The position numbers were made by a program, and so were the translations under genes. Shown here in pieces: positions 30,678-39,840 of a DNA stretch of 64,000 nt. The notes beneath the pieces are model-generated. The model saw nothing but the letters and a program-made list of their open reading frames with translations, made no database searches and was not told where the DNA came from. Numbering within the stretch: position 1 is the first letter of the stretch; each line of letters begins with the position of its first letter. Where the stretch lies: the NCBI GenBank assembly GCA_025060455.1, contig JANXBY010000009.1:50003-114002 (forward strand), given 5' to 3'. Origin of the DNA: Armatimonadota bacterium. GTDB taxonomy: Bacteria; Sysuimicrobiota; Sysuimicrobiia; Sysuimicrobiales; Sysuimicrobiaceae.

Positions 30678-31679
30678 ATGCGCCGGTGGAGCTGGGCTGG
30701 GGTCTGGGGCTTGGCCGTGGCCATCGCTCTGGTGGCCGCCTCGTCCGGAGCGTCTGTGGCAGGACCCGCCACCAACCGGGTCACCATCCTGGGCGGCCCG
30801 GCCGCAGGGATCTTCAACGTGTTCGCCACGGGGCTTGCGACCTTCCTCTCGCGGACCGTGCCCGGGGTGGACGTTACGGTGGCGGCAACAGGTGGCTCTG
30901 CAGAGAACGTCCGCCGGGTGAACGCGGGGGAGGCGGAGATGGGGGTGGCGTTCGCCAGCGACGTGCACGAAGGGTACCACGGAGTGGAAGTGTTCCAAGG
31001 CACCCCTCAGCGGAACATCCGCGCGATCGGCTTGCTGTTCATCGGGGTCGGGCACATGGTGACCTATCGGGACAGCGGCATCCGCACGGTGGCCGATCTG
31101 GGGGGCAAGCGAGTGGCCGTCGGCTCCCCGGGGTCGGGCACGTTTGGCAACGCCCAGCGCATCTTCGGGGAGCTGGGCCTGTGGGATCGCATCCAGCGCG
31201 TCCCGCTGCTTGGGTCAGCGGCCGCCGCAGCCCTCCGGGACGGGCGCGTGGAGGCCTTCTATTACACGGGCCCCTACCCGGACCGGGCCACCATCGAGGC
31301 AGCCATTGCCAAAGAGGTTCACCTCCTCGACCTGTACGGGCCGCTTTCCCGGACTGACTTCTTCCGGAAGTACCCCTACTTCATCCGGTATCTGGTGCCA
31401 GCTAGGGGCTACAACGGTCTGACCGAGGCGGTCACCACCGTGGGCCTGCCCGGGCTGTGGTTCACCCACAAGGACGTCCCCGCAGACTTGGTCCGCCGGC
31501 TGGTGGCCGCCGCGTACAGCCGCGAGGGACACGCCCACATGCTGCAGGTCCACAGCGCGACCGCGGACATGACCAGCCGCCGGGCTCTCCTCGGGGTGAG
31601 CATCCCGTTGCACCCTGGGGCGGAGGCCCACTGGCGCTCTGTGGGCTTGGACATCCCAGAGCCCATCCGCGCCCGGTAG
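30678..31679 (+). CDS. TAXI-family TRAP transporter solute-binding protein
   Basis: Signal peptide; 'ILGGPAAGIFNVFATGLA...TGGSAENVRRVNAGEAEMG' typical of TAXI (TRAP-associated extracytoplasmic immunogenic) receptors. Confidence 0.8.
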   Translation: MRRWSWAGVWGLAVAIALVAASSGASVAGPATNRVTILGGPAAGIFNVFATGLATFLSRTVPGVDVTVAATGGSAENVRRVNAGEAEMGVAFASDVHEGYHGVEVFQGTPQRNIRAIGLLFIGVGHMVTYRDSGIRTVADLGGKRVAVGSPGSGTFGNAQRIFGELGLWDRIQRVPLLGSAAAAALRDGRVEAFYYTGPYPDRATIEAAIAKEVHLLDLYGPLSRTDFFRKYPYFIRYLVPARGYNGLTEAVTTVGLPGLWFTHKDVPADLVRRLVAAAYSREGHAHMLQVHSATADMTSRRALLGVSIPLHPGAEAHWRSVGLDIPEPIRAR

Positions 31680-31685
31680 CCTGGG

Positions 31686-33584
31686 ATGCGCAAGCTGGCG
31701 CCCTCCTGGGACCGGTTCGTCCAGCTGGGGCTGGCGGCCACGGTGGTGTACTACCTGTGGTCGGCAGCCTTCGGCGTCACCAGCCTCCAGTACCACAGGG
31801 GGGTGGCGGTGGCGTACGCGTTTGCTGCCGCCTTCCTCCTGCACCGCGGTAGCCGGCGGTCTCCGGAGGACCGGCCCACGGCCCTGGACGTGCTGATGGC
31901 GGCAGCCAGCTGCCTGGTGGCCGGGTACTGGATCACCCAGTACGAGGCCCTGGCCTACCGCGCGGGCGCCTTCAGCGCCGTGGACGTGGCCATGGGGCTG
32001 GTGGCCCTGGGGCTGGCGGTGGAGACCACCCGACGGGTGCTGGGACCGTCCATGACCGTGGTGGCCCTACTCCTGGTCGCTTACGCCCTGTGGGGCCACC
32101 ACCTGCCCAGCGTGGTGGGACACCGGGGGTTCAGCCTCCGGCGGGTGGTGGAGTATTTCTACCTCACCCCGGAGGGGCTGTTCGGCGTCATGCCGGACAT
32201 CCTCGGGACGTACATCTTGCCCTTCGTGGCCTTTGGCGCCTTCCTCATGCGGGCCGGGGTGGCGAAGTTTTTCATGGACCTATCTGTCGCCCTGGTGGGC
32301 CGGATGCGCGGCGGCCCGGCCCAGGTGGCGGTGGTGAGCAGCGCGCTGTTCGGTGCCATCAACGGAAGCCCCGTGGCCAACACCGCCACCACGGGGGCGT
32401 TCACCATCCCGCTCATGAAGCGGTGCGGATTCCCCCCACACATCGCGGCCGCGGTGGAAGCCGCCGCCTCCACGGGCGGGATGATCCTGCCCCCGGTGAT
32501 GGGTGCCGGGGCCTTCATCATGGCAGAGCTTACCCAGACCCCGTACGCGCACATCGCAGGCATCTCCCTCCTGCCGGGCCTGCTGTACTTCCTCGGGGTC
32601 GGGGTGATGGTGTACTGCGAGGCGCGCAAGCTGGGCCTGCAAGGACTCCCCCCGGAGCAGATCCCCAGACTCCGGGACGTGCTGCGTCAGGGCTGGTACC
32701 TGCTGCTGCCCGTGGTGGTGCTGGCGGTGGTCCTGGTGCGGACCACCTCCGCCTCCATGGCCGTGATCGCCAGCATCCTGAGCACGGTGGTGGTGAGCTG
32801 GCTGCGCCGGGAGACCCGTATGGGCCCCCGGGAGGTGTGGGAGGCGCTCGTGGAGGCAGGCCGCAGCAGTACCTACGTGGCCGGGGCCACCGGCGCCATC
32901 GGCATCGTGGTGGCGGTGGTCACGCTGACGGGGATCGGCGTACGGTTCAGCCAGCTGGTGCTGGAGGTTTCCGGGGGCAGCCTGCCCGTGGCCCTGTTGC
33001 TGGTGGCGGCGGCGAGCTTCGTGCTCGGCATGGGTATGCCCATCACGGCCGCGTACTTGGTCCTGGCCGTGGTGGCGGCCCCGGCGCTGGTGCAGATGGG
33101 AATCCCCCTGCTCGCCGCGCACATGATCATCTTCTGGCTGAGCCTGGACTCCAACATCACGCCGCCGGTGGCGTTGGGGGCCTACACCGCGGCGGCCATC
33201 GCTCAGGCTGACCCGTGGCGGACGGGCTGGAACAGCTTTCGGTTCGCCAAGATGATCTACGTCATGCCGGTGCTGTTCGCCTACACCCACATCCTCATGA
33301 CAGGGACTTGGCAGGAGAACCTCTGGGCGGCCGTCTCCTCCGTGGTTGGCACCGTGGCCTTCTCCATCATGAGCACCGCGTACTTCCTGGTCCGTACGAG
33401 CTTGGTGGAGTGGCTGGTGCTGGCTGCGGCCACAGTGCTGTGCTTCATCCCCACCGTGGGCACCGACCTGGCAGGCATCGGTCTGTTCGTGCTCGTGTAC
33501 CTGTGGCAGCGCCACAAGCTGCTCACACAGCCCGAGCGGGCGCTGCGCCGCGTGGAACTCCCCACAGGGCCGGTGATGGACTGA
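31686..33584 (+). CDS. TRAP transporter fused permease subunit (TAXI-type, 4TM+12TM fusion)
   Basis: 632 aa polytopic membrane protein directly following the TAXI receptor; DctM-like core. Confidence 0.85.
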   Translation: MRKLAPSWDRFVQLGLAATVVYYLWSAAFGVTSLQYHRGVAVAYAFAAAFLLHRGSRRSPEDRPTALDVLMAAASCLVAGYWITQYEALAYRAGAFSAVDVAMGLVALGLAVETTRRVLGPSMTVVALLLVAYALWGHHLPSVVGHRGFSLRRVVEYFYLTPEGLFGVMPDILGTYILPFVAFGAFLMRAGVAKFFMDLSVALVGRMRGGPAQVAVVSSALFGAINGSPVANTATTGAFTIPLMKRCGFPPHIAAAVEAAASTGGMILPPVMGAGAFIMAELTQTPYAHIAGISLLPGLLYFLGVGVMVYCEARKLGLQGLPPEQIPRLRDVLRQGWYLLLPVVVLAVVLVRTTSASMAVIASILSTVVVSWLRRETRMGPREVWEALVEAGRSSTYVAGATGAIGIVVAVVTLTGIGVRFSQLVLEVSGGSLPVALLLVAAASFVLGMGMPITAAYLVLAVVAAPALVQMGIPLLAAHMIIFWLSLDSNITPPVALGAYTAAAIAQADPWRTGWNSFRFAKMIYVMPVLFAYTHILMTGTWQENLWAAVSSVVGTVAFSIMSTAYFLVRTSLVEWLVLAAATVLCFIPTVGTDLAGIGLFVLVYLWQRHKLLTQPERALRRVELPTGPVMD

Positions 33585-33585
33585 C

Positions 33586-34314
33586 GTGTACGAGCCGGTC
33601 GCGCGCCCCAAGGTCTACCAGCTGGTGGCCGACCGGCTACTGCACCAGATCCGCCAGCGCCGTCTGAGCCCGGGTGACCCGCTGCCACCGGAGCACGAGC
33701 TGGCCCGTCGGTACGGGGTCGGACGGTCCTCCGTGCGGGAGGCGTTGCGCCTGCTGGAATCCAGGGGCGTGATCCGGTCTGCAGGCCACGGGTCCTTCGT
33801 GGTGGCGGAGTACGGGAATCCCCTGGTGGACTCCCTGCGCTTCCTCCTGACCCTGGAGGTCTTCGGACTGGAGGAGCTGTACGAGATTCGGAAGGTCCTG
33901 GAGACAGAGTTCGCGGCCCTGGCGGCGGTACGCCGCACGGAAGAACACCTGGCCCGAATGGAGGAGGCCATCCGGCAGATGGAGGCGGGGCTCGACTCCC
34001 AGGCCCGGTACATCGAAGCCGACCTGCGCTTCCATCTCACCGTGGCGGAGGCCACCCGCAACCGGGTGGCGGTGTACGTGATGCGGGCCATCCGGGACCC
34101 TCTCCACCGCGCCCTGGCCCGCGTCTACCACATCCCGGGCAGCCCGCAGAAGTCCATGGCCCAGCACCACGCCATCCTGGATGCGGTGCGGGCCGCAGAC
34201 CCGGCTGCCGCGAGGGCGCGGATGGCCGAACACCTGGGGCGCGTGCACGAGGACATCCGCCGCGTCCTGCCGGCTGACCGCGAGGGCAGGCGCGGAGAAG
34301 GAGGCGAACGTTGA
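33586..34314 (+). CDS. GntR-family transcriptional regulator (FadR/FCD subfamily)
   Basis: HTH 'LPPEHELARRYGVGRSSVREALRLLESRGVI' plus a C-terminal all-helical FCD domain. Confidence 0.8.
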   Translation: MYEPVARPKVYQLVADRLLHQIRQRRLSPGDPLPPEHELARRYGVGRSSVREALRLLESRGVIRSAGHGSFVVAEYGNPLVDSLRFLLTLEVFGLEELYEIRKVLETEFAALAAVRRTEEHLARMEEAIRQMEAGLDSQARYIEADLRFHLTVAEATRNRVAVYVMRAIRDPLHRALARVYHIPGSPQKSMAQHHAILDAVRAADPAAARARMAEHLGRVHEDIRRVLPADREGRRGEGGER

Positions 34315-35198
34315 AGGTCGGGTTCGTCGGCCTGGGCGTGATGGGCAGCCGCATGGTCAAGCGCCTGCTGGACGCAGGGCGGCCGGTGGTGGGCTACAAC
34401 CGCACCAAGGGTAAAGCGCAGTGGCTGCTGGACCTCGGGATGGAGTGGGCGGACTCTCCCCGGGAAGTAGCGGAGCGCGCGGACGTGGTGTTCACCATGG
34501 TCACCGACACCAAGGCCCTGCAGGCGGTCACCGAGGGGCCGGATGGGATCCTGGCGGGGCTGGGCCCGGGGAAGGTGTACGTGGACATGAGCACCGTGAG
34601 CCCGGCCGCCAGCCGCGCCCTGGCCGAGAGGGTGTGCGAGAGGGGTGCGCAGATGCTGGACGCCCCGGTTTCCGGCAGCGTGGTGACGTTGGAAGAGGGG
34701 CGGCTGTCCATCATGGTGGGCGGGGACCGGGACGCCTTCGAGCGGGTCCGCCCCATCCTGCAGGACATCGGGCCCGTGGTGACCCACGTGGGCGGCAACG
34801 GCCAGGCGGTGCTGATGAAGGTGGCCACCAACCTGAGCCTGGCGGTGCAGATGCTGGCGTTCAGCGAGGGGCTGCTGCTGGCCGAGAAAGGCGGGATCCC
34901 GCGCCAGACCGCGGTGCACGTCCTCCTGAACAGCGTGATCGCGTCCCCCATGCTAAAGTACCGAGGCCCGTTCGTGCTGCGGATGCCCGAGGAAGCCTGG
35001 TTCGACGTGAACATGATGCAGAAGGACCTGCTGCTGGCCCTGGAGATGGGGCGGGAGCTGGACGTGCCCCTGCCCACCACCGCCACCACCAACGAGTACC
35101 TGACCGCCGCCCGGGGGCTGGGGCTTGCGGGATACGACTTCGCGGTGCTGTTCGAAGTCTTGTCCCGGCTGGCCGGGCGGCCGCCGGAGCTGGCCTGA
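34311..35198 (+). CDS. NAD(P)-dependent 3-hydroxyisobutyrate-dehydrogenase-family oxidoreductase (GarR/MmsB-like)
   Basis: 'KVGFVGLGVMGSRMVKRLL' Rossmann; 'DAPVSGS' and catalytic Lys region 'MKVATNL'. Confidence 0.8.
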   Translation: MKVGFVGLGVMGSRMVKRLLDAGRPVVGYNRTKGKAQWLLDLGMEWADSPREVAERADVVFTMVTDTKALQAVTEGPDGILAGLGPGKVYVDMSTVSPAASRALAERVCERGAQMLDAPVSGSVVTLEEGRLSIMVGGDRDAFERVRPILQDIGPVVTHVGGNGQAVLMKVATNLSLAVQMLAFSEGLLLAEKGGIPRQTAVHVLLNSVIASPMLKYRGPFVLRMPEEAWFDVNMMQKDLLLALEMGRELDVPLPTTATTNEYLTAARGLGLAGYDFAVLFEVLSRLAGRPPELA

Positions 35199-35205
35199 GG
35201 AGGGA

Positions 35206-36225
35206 GCCATGACGAACCCCACCGCCACCGCGAACCTGACGGAGTTGCCCGAGGAGGTCCGGGACGTCCCCGTCGCGGAGTGGCTCCGCATGTACCGGCT
35301 CATGGCCACCATCCGGGCCTTCGAGGAGCAGGTGAACGAGCTGTACGTCACCCGCCGGATGCCGGGGCTCGCGCACCTGTACATCGGCGAGGAGGCGGTG
35401 GCCGTGGGCGTGTGCGCGGCCTTGCGGCCGGAGGACTACATCACGAGCACCCACCGGGGCCACGGGCACTGTCTCGCGAAGGGCGCGCGGGTGGACCGGA
35501 TGTTCTGCGAGCTGCTGGGCAAGGCGGAGGGCTACTGCCGCGGCAAGGGCGGGTCCATGCACATCGCGGACCCCGACTCGGGCAACCTGGGAGCCAACGC
35601 CATCGTGGGCGGGAGCGCGGGGATCGCCACGGGGGCGGCCCTGTCCGCCAAGATGCGGGGCACCGACCAGGTGGCGGTGTGCTTCTTCGGCGAGGGCGCC
35701 CTGGGACAGGGGCTGCTGTACGAGGTCATGAACATGGCCTCCCTGTGGAGGCTACCGGTGGTGTACGTGTGTGAGAACAACCTGTACAACGAGTACACCC
35801 ACTACCGGGAGACCACCGCGGGGGACATCCTGGCCCGGCCGCAGGCCTTCGGCATCCCCGGCGAGGAGGTAGATGGCCAGGACGTCCGGCAGGTGCTCGC
35901 GGCGGCCCGGCGCGCGGTGGCGCGGGCGCGCCGCGGAGAAGGTCCCACCTTCCTGCTGTGCAACACCTACCGGTACTTCGGCCACCACGTGGGCGACGTG
36001 GACCGGTCCTACTACCGCAGCAAGGAAGAGGAGGAGGCCTGGAAGCGGCAGCGAGACCCTCTCAAGATCCTGCGGGAGTGGATGATCGCCGCGGGCCTGG
36101 CGCGGGCGGACGAGTTCGAGGTTGCGGAACGCGCGGCCCGGGAAGAGGTGGCCCAGGGCGTTGCCTACGCCCTGGCGGCGCCGTACCCCGACCCCAGCGA
36201 GGTGACCGAGCATGTCTACGCCTAG
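35206..36225 (+). CDS. 2-oxoacid (pyruvate/acetoin-type) dehydrogenase E1 component alpha subunit (TPP-dependent)
   Basis: 'YRLMATIRAFEEQVNELY...HLYIGEEAVAVG...GKGGSMHI' E1α motifs. Confidence 0.85.
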   Translation, partial: AMTNPTATANLTELPEEVRDVPVAEWLRMYRLMATIRAFEEQVNELYVTRRMPGLAHLYIGEEAVAVGVCAALRPEDYITSTHRGHGHCLAKGARVDRMFCELLGKAEGYCRGKGGSMHIADPDSGNLGANAIVGGSAGIATGAALSAKMRGTDQVAVCFFGEGALGQGLLYEVMNMASLWRLPVVYVCENNLYNEYTHYRETTAGDILARPQAFGIPGEEVDGQDVRQVLAAARRAVARARRGEGPTFLLCNTYRYFGHHVGDVDRSYYRSKEEEEAWKRQRDPLKILREWMIAAGLARADEFEVAERAAREEVAQGVAYALAAPYPDPSEVTEHVYA

Positions 36226-37237
36226 TGTGGCGTTGCACGCGCCGGCCGGCGGCACCACACGGGAGATCACCCTGGCGCAGGCCATCCGCGAAGCCCTAGC
36301 GGAGGAGATGCGGCGGGACGAGCGGGTGTTCCTCCTCGGGGAGGACGTGGCGGAGGCCGGGACCCCGTTCAAGGTACTGTCGGGGCTTGTGCAGGAGTTC
36401 GGGCCGCAGCGGGTGGTGGACACGCCCATCTCGGAGGCGGGGTTCGTGGGCATCGCGGTGGGGGCCGCCATGACCGGGATGCGCCCCGTGGTGGACATCA
36501 TGTTCGGGGACTTCCTCACCCTGGCCATGGATCAGATCGTGAACCAGGCGGCCAAGGTCCACTACATGTCCGGCGGCAAACTCAGGGTGCCGCTGGTGAT
36601 CCGCACCACCCTGGGGGCCACCCGCCGGTCTGCGGCGCAGCACAGCCAGAGCCTCCACGCCTGGTTCAGCCACATCCCGGGCCTGAAGGTGGCCCTGCCG
36701 AGCACGCCCTACGACGCCAAGGGGCTCCTGAAGACCGCCATCCGGGACGACAACCCGGTCCTGTTCTTCGAAGACAAGATGATGTACCAAGTCAAGGGCC
36801 CGGTGCCCGAGGAGGAGTACACCATCCCCTTCGGGGTGGCCGACGTGAAGCGGCCGGGGCAGGACGTGACCCTGGTGGCCACCAGCAGCATGGTGTACGT
36901 GGCTTTGGAGGCGGCCCAGCTGCTGGAGCAGGAGGGCATCCAGGCGGAGGTGGTGGACCCCCGCACCACCTTTCCCCTGGACGTGGAGACCCTGGTGCGC
37001 AGCGCCCGCAAGACTGGGCGGGTGGTGGTGGTGGACGAGGGCCACCGCCGCTATGGGGTCACCGCGGAGCTGGCCGCGGTGATCGCGGAGGAGGCCTTCT
37101 ACGACCTGGAAGCGCCGGTGCGGCGTGTGGGTGCTATGGACGTGCCGGTCCCGTTCTCGCCGGTGCTGGAGGACCAGACCGTACCCACCCCACAGCAGGT
37201 GGCGGCGGTGGCGCGGGAGCTGTGTGGCCGAGGGTAG
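36212..37237 (+). CDS. 2-oxoacid dehydrogenase E1 component beta subunit
   Basis: 'REALAEEMRRDERVFLLGEDV...PISEAGFVGIAVGAAMTGMRPVV' transketolase-like pyrimidine-binding and C-terminal domains. Confidence 0.85.
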   Translation: MSTPSVALHAPAGGTTREITLAQAIREALAEEMRRDERVFLLGEDVAEAGTPFKVLSGLVQEFGPQRVVDTPISEAGFVGIAVGAAMTGMRPVVDIMFGDFLTLAMDQIVNQAAKVHYMSGGKLRVPLVIRTTLGATRRSAAQHSQSLHAWFSHIPGLKVALPSTPYDAKGLLKTAIRDDNPVLFFEDKMMYQVKGPVPEEEYTIPFGVADVKRPGQDVTLVATSSMVYVALEAAQLLEQEGIQAEVVDPRTTFPLDVETLVRSARKTGRVVVVDEGHRRYGVTAELAAVIAEEAFYDLEAPVRRVGAMDVPVPFSPVLEDQTVPTPQQVAAVARELCGRG

Positions 37238-37268
37238 AGACGCAGGCACCGAGAGAGGAGGTGCGGGC

Positions 37269-38606
37269 ATGGGCATCAAGACGTACGGACTCATGGGCGT
37301 GGACTGGGAGGCGCGGGTGGACTACGAGCGCCTGCGCCGGGAGCGCCTGGCGCGGGTGAAGTCGCTGCTCAAGCGGTCTGAACTGGGTTCCCTGCTGTGC
37401 TTCGACATGAACAACATCCGCTACATCACCGCCACCCACATCGGCACCTGGGCCATGGACAAGCTGGTGCGGTTCTGCCTGCTGCCGCAGGACGACGAGC
37501 CCATCCTGTGGGACTTTGGATCCGCCGCGCGGCACCACCAGCTGTACTGCCCGTGGCTGGGGGAGCGCTCCCGCGCGGGCATCTCCACCTTACGCGGTGC
37601 GTACCCCGAGCGGGCGCGGGACGTGGCGCGGAAGATCCGGGTGGAGCTGGAAGCGAGGGAGCTGCACCGCGAGCCCGTGGGCGTGGACGTGGTGGAGCCG
37701 CCGGTGCTGTTTGCCCTGCAGGAGGAAGGCCTGCGGGTGGTGGACGGCCAGCAGCTCATGCAGGAGGCCCGCAAGATCAAGACGCAGGACGAGATCACCC
37801 TTCTGACCACCGCCTGCATGATGGTGGACGCCGCGTACGAGGAGCTGTACAAGTTCCTGCGGCCCGGGGTGCGAGAGAACGAGTGCGTGGGGCTGGTGGC
37901 GAAGGTGCTGTACGACCTGGGTTCCGAACACGTGGAGGGGGTAAACGCCATCAGCGGGGAGCGGTGCAACCCCCACCCCCACGTGTACACCGACCGGGTC
38001 CTGCGGCCCGGAGACCCCGTGTACTTCGACATCCTGCACAGCTTCAACGGCTACCGCACCTGCTACTACCGGACGTTTGTGGTGGGCAGCGCGTCCCCGG
38101 CCATGGTGGACGCGTACAAGCGCTGCCGCGACTACCTGGACGCGGCCATCAGCCTGATCAAGCCCGGGGTGACCACCGCGGACGTCGTGAAGGTATGGCC
38201 CAAGGCGGAGGAGTTCGGGTTCCCCAATGAGGAGGCCGCCTTCGCGTTGCAGTACGGCCACGGGGTGGGGCTGTCCATCTGGGAGAAGCCCATCTTCAGC
38301 CGCCTGGTGTCCTTCGACAAGCCGGAGGTCATCGAGGAGGGGATGGTGTTCGCCCTGGAGACCTTCTGGCCGGCCCGCGACGGGTGGAGCGCGGCCCGGA
38401 TCGAGGAGCAGCTGGTGGTGACCAAGGACGGCTGCGAGGTTATCACCCGCTTCCCCGCAGAGACGCTGCTGGTGGCCGGGACGCGCTACTGGACCGTGGA
38501 CGGACCGCTTCCAACCACGCGGGAGGTGCAGTCGCAGCTGAACCGCACCACGCCACCGCTGGAGGAGGTGGTGGCCTCCGCGGCGGTGGAGGGCGTGCGC
38601 CCATAA
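37269..38606 (+). CDS. M24-family metallohydrolase (creatinase/prolidase-like, with creatinase N-terminal domain)
   Basis: Pita-bread fold motifs; metal ligands in 'DAAYEEL', 'HGVGLSIWE', 'MVFALET'; embedded between E1β and E2. Confidence 0.75.
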   Translation: MGIKTYGLMGVDWEARVDYERLRRERLARVKSLLKRSELGSLLCFDMNNIRYITATHIGTWAMDKLVRFCLLPQDDEPILWDFGSAARHHQLYCPWLGERSRAGISTLRGAYPERARDVARKIRVELEARELHREPVGVDVVEPPVLFALQEEGLRVVDGQQLMQEARKIKTQDEITLLTTACMMVDAAYEELYKFLRPGVRENECVGLVAKVLYDLGSEHVEGVNAISGERCNPHPHVYTDRVLRPGDPVYFDILHSFNGYRTCYYRTFVVGSASPAMVDAYKRCRDYLDAAISLIKPGVTTADVVKVWPKAEEFGFPNEEAAFALQYGHGVGLSIWEKPIFSRLVSFDKPEVIEEGMVFALETFWPARDGWSAARIEEQLVVTKDGCEVITRFPAETLLVAGTRYWTVDGPLPTTREVQSQLNRTTPPLEEVVASAAVEGVRP

Positions 38607-38616
38607 GGAGGGAGCG

Positions 38617-39768
38617 TTGCCGAAGGAACTAGTGATGCCGGCCCTGGGGATGGCCCAGGAGACGGGCAAGGTGTTGCGGTGGCTGCGCGCGCCAGGGGAG
38701 GAGGTCCGGCAGGGCGAGCCGCTGTTGGAGGTGGAGACCGACAAGGCCAACGTGGAGATCGAAGCGCCCGCTTCCGGCCTCCTGGCCCGGGTTCTGGCTC
38801 CGGAGGGCGCAGAGGTGCCCGTGGGGCAGGTGATCGGCTGGATCCTGCTGCCGGGGGAAAGCCCGTCGGACTTGCCTGCAGATCCGACCCCCCTGCCGCC
38901 CACGGAGCCGGCGGTTGCCGCGGCCGAACCCCCTCCGACCGCGCAGTTGGTGGCGGAACCCGAGCCTGCCCGACCCCGGGCTTCACCCAAAGCGCGCCGG
39001 CTGGCCCGAGAGATGGGCGTGGACCTGCGGTCGGTGCGGGGGTCGGGTCCTGGGGGGGCCGTGCTGGCCGTCGACCTGGAGAGACTGAAGGCCGGTGAGG
39101 CGGCGGACGTCCCGCACGTGTGGAAGCTCATGGCGGAGCGCACCGCCCGGGCCTGGAGCACAGTCCCCCACTTCTTCCTGCAGCGGGACGTACGGGCAGA
39201 CCGGCTGGTGGCCTGGCGGGAGGCCCTGCGCAGACGCGGGCAGTCAGAGGTTACCCTGACCGACCTGCTGGTGAAGCTGGTGGCCGCCGCCCTGCGGGTC
39301 CACCCGGAGGTCAACGCCCGGTGGGAGGACGGCCGGGTGCGCAGGCTCCCTGACGTGAACGTGGGGATCGCGGTGGCCACGGAGCAGGGACTGGTCGTGC
39401 CAGTGGTGCATCACGCGGACACCTTGACGGTGGAGGCCGTGGCGCGCCGCCGTGCGGAGCTGGTGGGCCGTGCCCGGGCAGGCAGGCTGCGGCCTGAGGA
39501 CATCGAGGGCGGCACCTTCACAATCTCGAACCTGGGCATGTACGGGGTGGACCGGTTCCTGGCGGTGGTGAACGCCCCCCAGGCGGCCATTTTGAGCGTG
39601 GGCCGGGTCGCGGACCGTGTGGCGGCAGAGGACGGCCTAGCTGTAGTACGGCCCACCGTTGCCCTGGGGCTGTCCTGTGACCACCGCGCCCTGGACGGCG
39701 CCCGGGCGGCGCGGTTTTTGGAAACCCTGGCGGCGTGGGTGGAGGAACCGCTGGCGCTGCTGCAGTGA
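38617..39768 (+). CDS. Dihydrolipoamide acyltransferase E2 component (lipoyl, E3-binding and catalytic domains)
   Basis: Lipoyl-lysine motif 'EVETDKANVEI'; Pro/Ala linker; E3-binding 'SPKARRLAREMGVDL'; catalytic 'DHRALDGA'. Confidence 0.85.
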   Translation: MPKELVMPALGMAQETGKVLRWLRAPGEEVRQGEPLLEVETDKANVEIEAPASGLLARVLAPEGAEVPVGQVIGWILLPGESPSDLPADPTPLPPTEPAVAAAEPPPTAQLVAEPEPARPRASPKARRLAREMGVDLRSVRGSGPGGAVLAVDLERLKAGEAADVPHVWKLMAERTARAWSTVPHFFLQRDVRADRLVAWREALRRRGQSEVTLTDLLVKLVAAALRVHPEVNARWEDGRVRRLPDVNVGIAVATEQGLVVPVVHHADTLTVEAVARRRAELVGRARAGRLRPEDIEGGTFTISNLGMYGVDRFLAVVNAPQAAILSVGRVADRVAAEDGLAVVRPTVALGLSCDHRALDGARAARFLETLAAWVEEPLALLQ

Positions 39769-39840
39769 GGTCGCCAAAGGCGGGAAAGCGCCGCGGGAAA
39801 ATCCAGGCTTTGTCAGAGAGCAGAGGGAGGTGCCGAGGAG

